Source: Eledone cirrhosa
Taxonomy: Eukaryota
DNA length: 64,000 nt
Direction: 5' to 3'
Assembly (NCBI GenBank): GCA_964016885.1
Contig: OZ024745.1
Span: 117,242,001 to 117,306,000, forward strand
The translations under genes were made by a program, and so were the position numbers. How positions within the stretch are numbered: the first letter of the stretch is position 1; each line of letters starts with the position of its first letter. A model generated the notes under the pieces. The model saw nothing but the letters and a program-made list of their open reading frames with translations. It was not told where the DNA came from and did no database searches. This document shows, one piece after another, positions 63,849 to 64,000 of this stretch.

Positions 63849-64000
63849 AACAATTTGTCATGTTTATACACTTTGAATAAAATATTTCCTTCAAGTTCTA
63901 TAAAACAAGCTCTACAAACAAAAATACTATTGTCTAAACTCATTGTTTATGATTTTATACTTTTTATTGAAGTATTTTAACTGTACGTAATATTACTTAT

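Noticed and set aside
44760-64000. Head-to-head protein-coding partner of SUFU (ACTR1A in human)
   Set aside because: No recognisable coding exon on either strand by eye; only TE-derived ORF fragments

Overview
AT-rich, microsatellite- and transposon-dense animal genomic DNA. The SINE/RTE repertoire and (TA)n/(GAT)n abundance suggest an octopod cephalopod (inference). The only clear protein-coding gene is Suppressor of fused (SUFU) on the minus strand: coding exons 1-9 run from the ATG at 44495 down to 339. All introns are GT-AG, with phases matching vertebrate SUFU as I recall them, and the last exons lie left of the window. Introns and the upstream region hold RTE-clade LINE fragments (including Rex3/Expander-like and BovB-like), CR1/L2 ends, tRNA-derived SINEs, Penelope-like (PLE) fragments, a full-length DD37D (maT) Tc1/mariner relic, hAT/piggyBac/TA-type MITEs, two non-autonomous Helitron families, a solo LTR and several minisatellites. 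Main second-look items: (1) three type-I hammerhead ribozyme motifs within ~1 kb of SUFU intron 1, one in the SUFU sense orientation; (2) inverted-repeat pairs that bracket SUFU exons 2 and 5 and sit just upstream of exon 9 (dsRNA/ADAR/circRNA potential); (3) a 61-bp minisatellite carrying nine let-7 8mer sites with 3' supplementary pairing, antisense to SUFU; (4) an ETS-motif-rich solo LTR nested in a Helitron 1.6 kb upstream of SUFU. Coordinates were read by eye and repeat boundaries are approximate.
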